A DNA stretch of 64,000 nt from Eledone cirrhosa (lineage: Eukaryota): NCBI GenBank assembly GCA_964016885.1, contig CAXHJY010000522.1, forward strand, positions 1 through 64,000, in the 5' to 3' direction. Below the pieces are notes generated by a model. It did no database searches. It was not told where the DNA came from and saw only the letters and a program-made list of their open reading frames with translations. The position numbers and the translations under genes are program-made. How positions within the stretch are numbered: position 1 is the stretch's first letter; each line of letters starts with the position of its first letter. Positions 63,895-64,000 of the stretch are shown one piece after another.

Positions 63895-64000
63895 CTTGAA
63901 GAAAACGAAAATGAAAAATGAAATGAAATATACAGCTCACACTGATACATGTCTAACTGGCTTCCTACAAGGTTGCATCTCATAGGAGGTTTCTCAAGGA

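Overview
AT-rich animal genomic DNA, probably a cephalopod (inferred from the repeat families). The only host coding sequence recognised is two minus-strand exons of a plexin-domain-containing gene (PLXDC1/2-like) at 63059-63201 and 63802-63894, so much of the window is probably intron or downstream flank. The first ~48 kb is a nested retroelement hotspot built on kilobase (TA)n-variant arrays. It holds many truncated RTE LINEs from two families with a PHD-like finger inside the RT region, a CR1-like fragment, tRNA-derived SINEs and several Penelope-like elements (PLEs). One PLE has an intact RT + GIY-YIG ORF, pseudo-LTRs and a ~4 kb inverted repeat. The main hidden signal is 15 type-I hammerhead ribozyme motifs in 6 families, each family with its own palindromic helix III. 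They include a non-coding ~420-430 bp tandem retrozyme-like family at three loci with PLE-type insertion hallmarks. A conserved ~60-nt 3'-terminal motif is shared by otherwise dissimilar PLE-like ends. The long Y/I/H/T/M/C ORFs are microsatellite artefacts. All coordinates and folds were read by eye.
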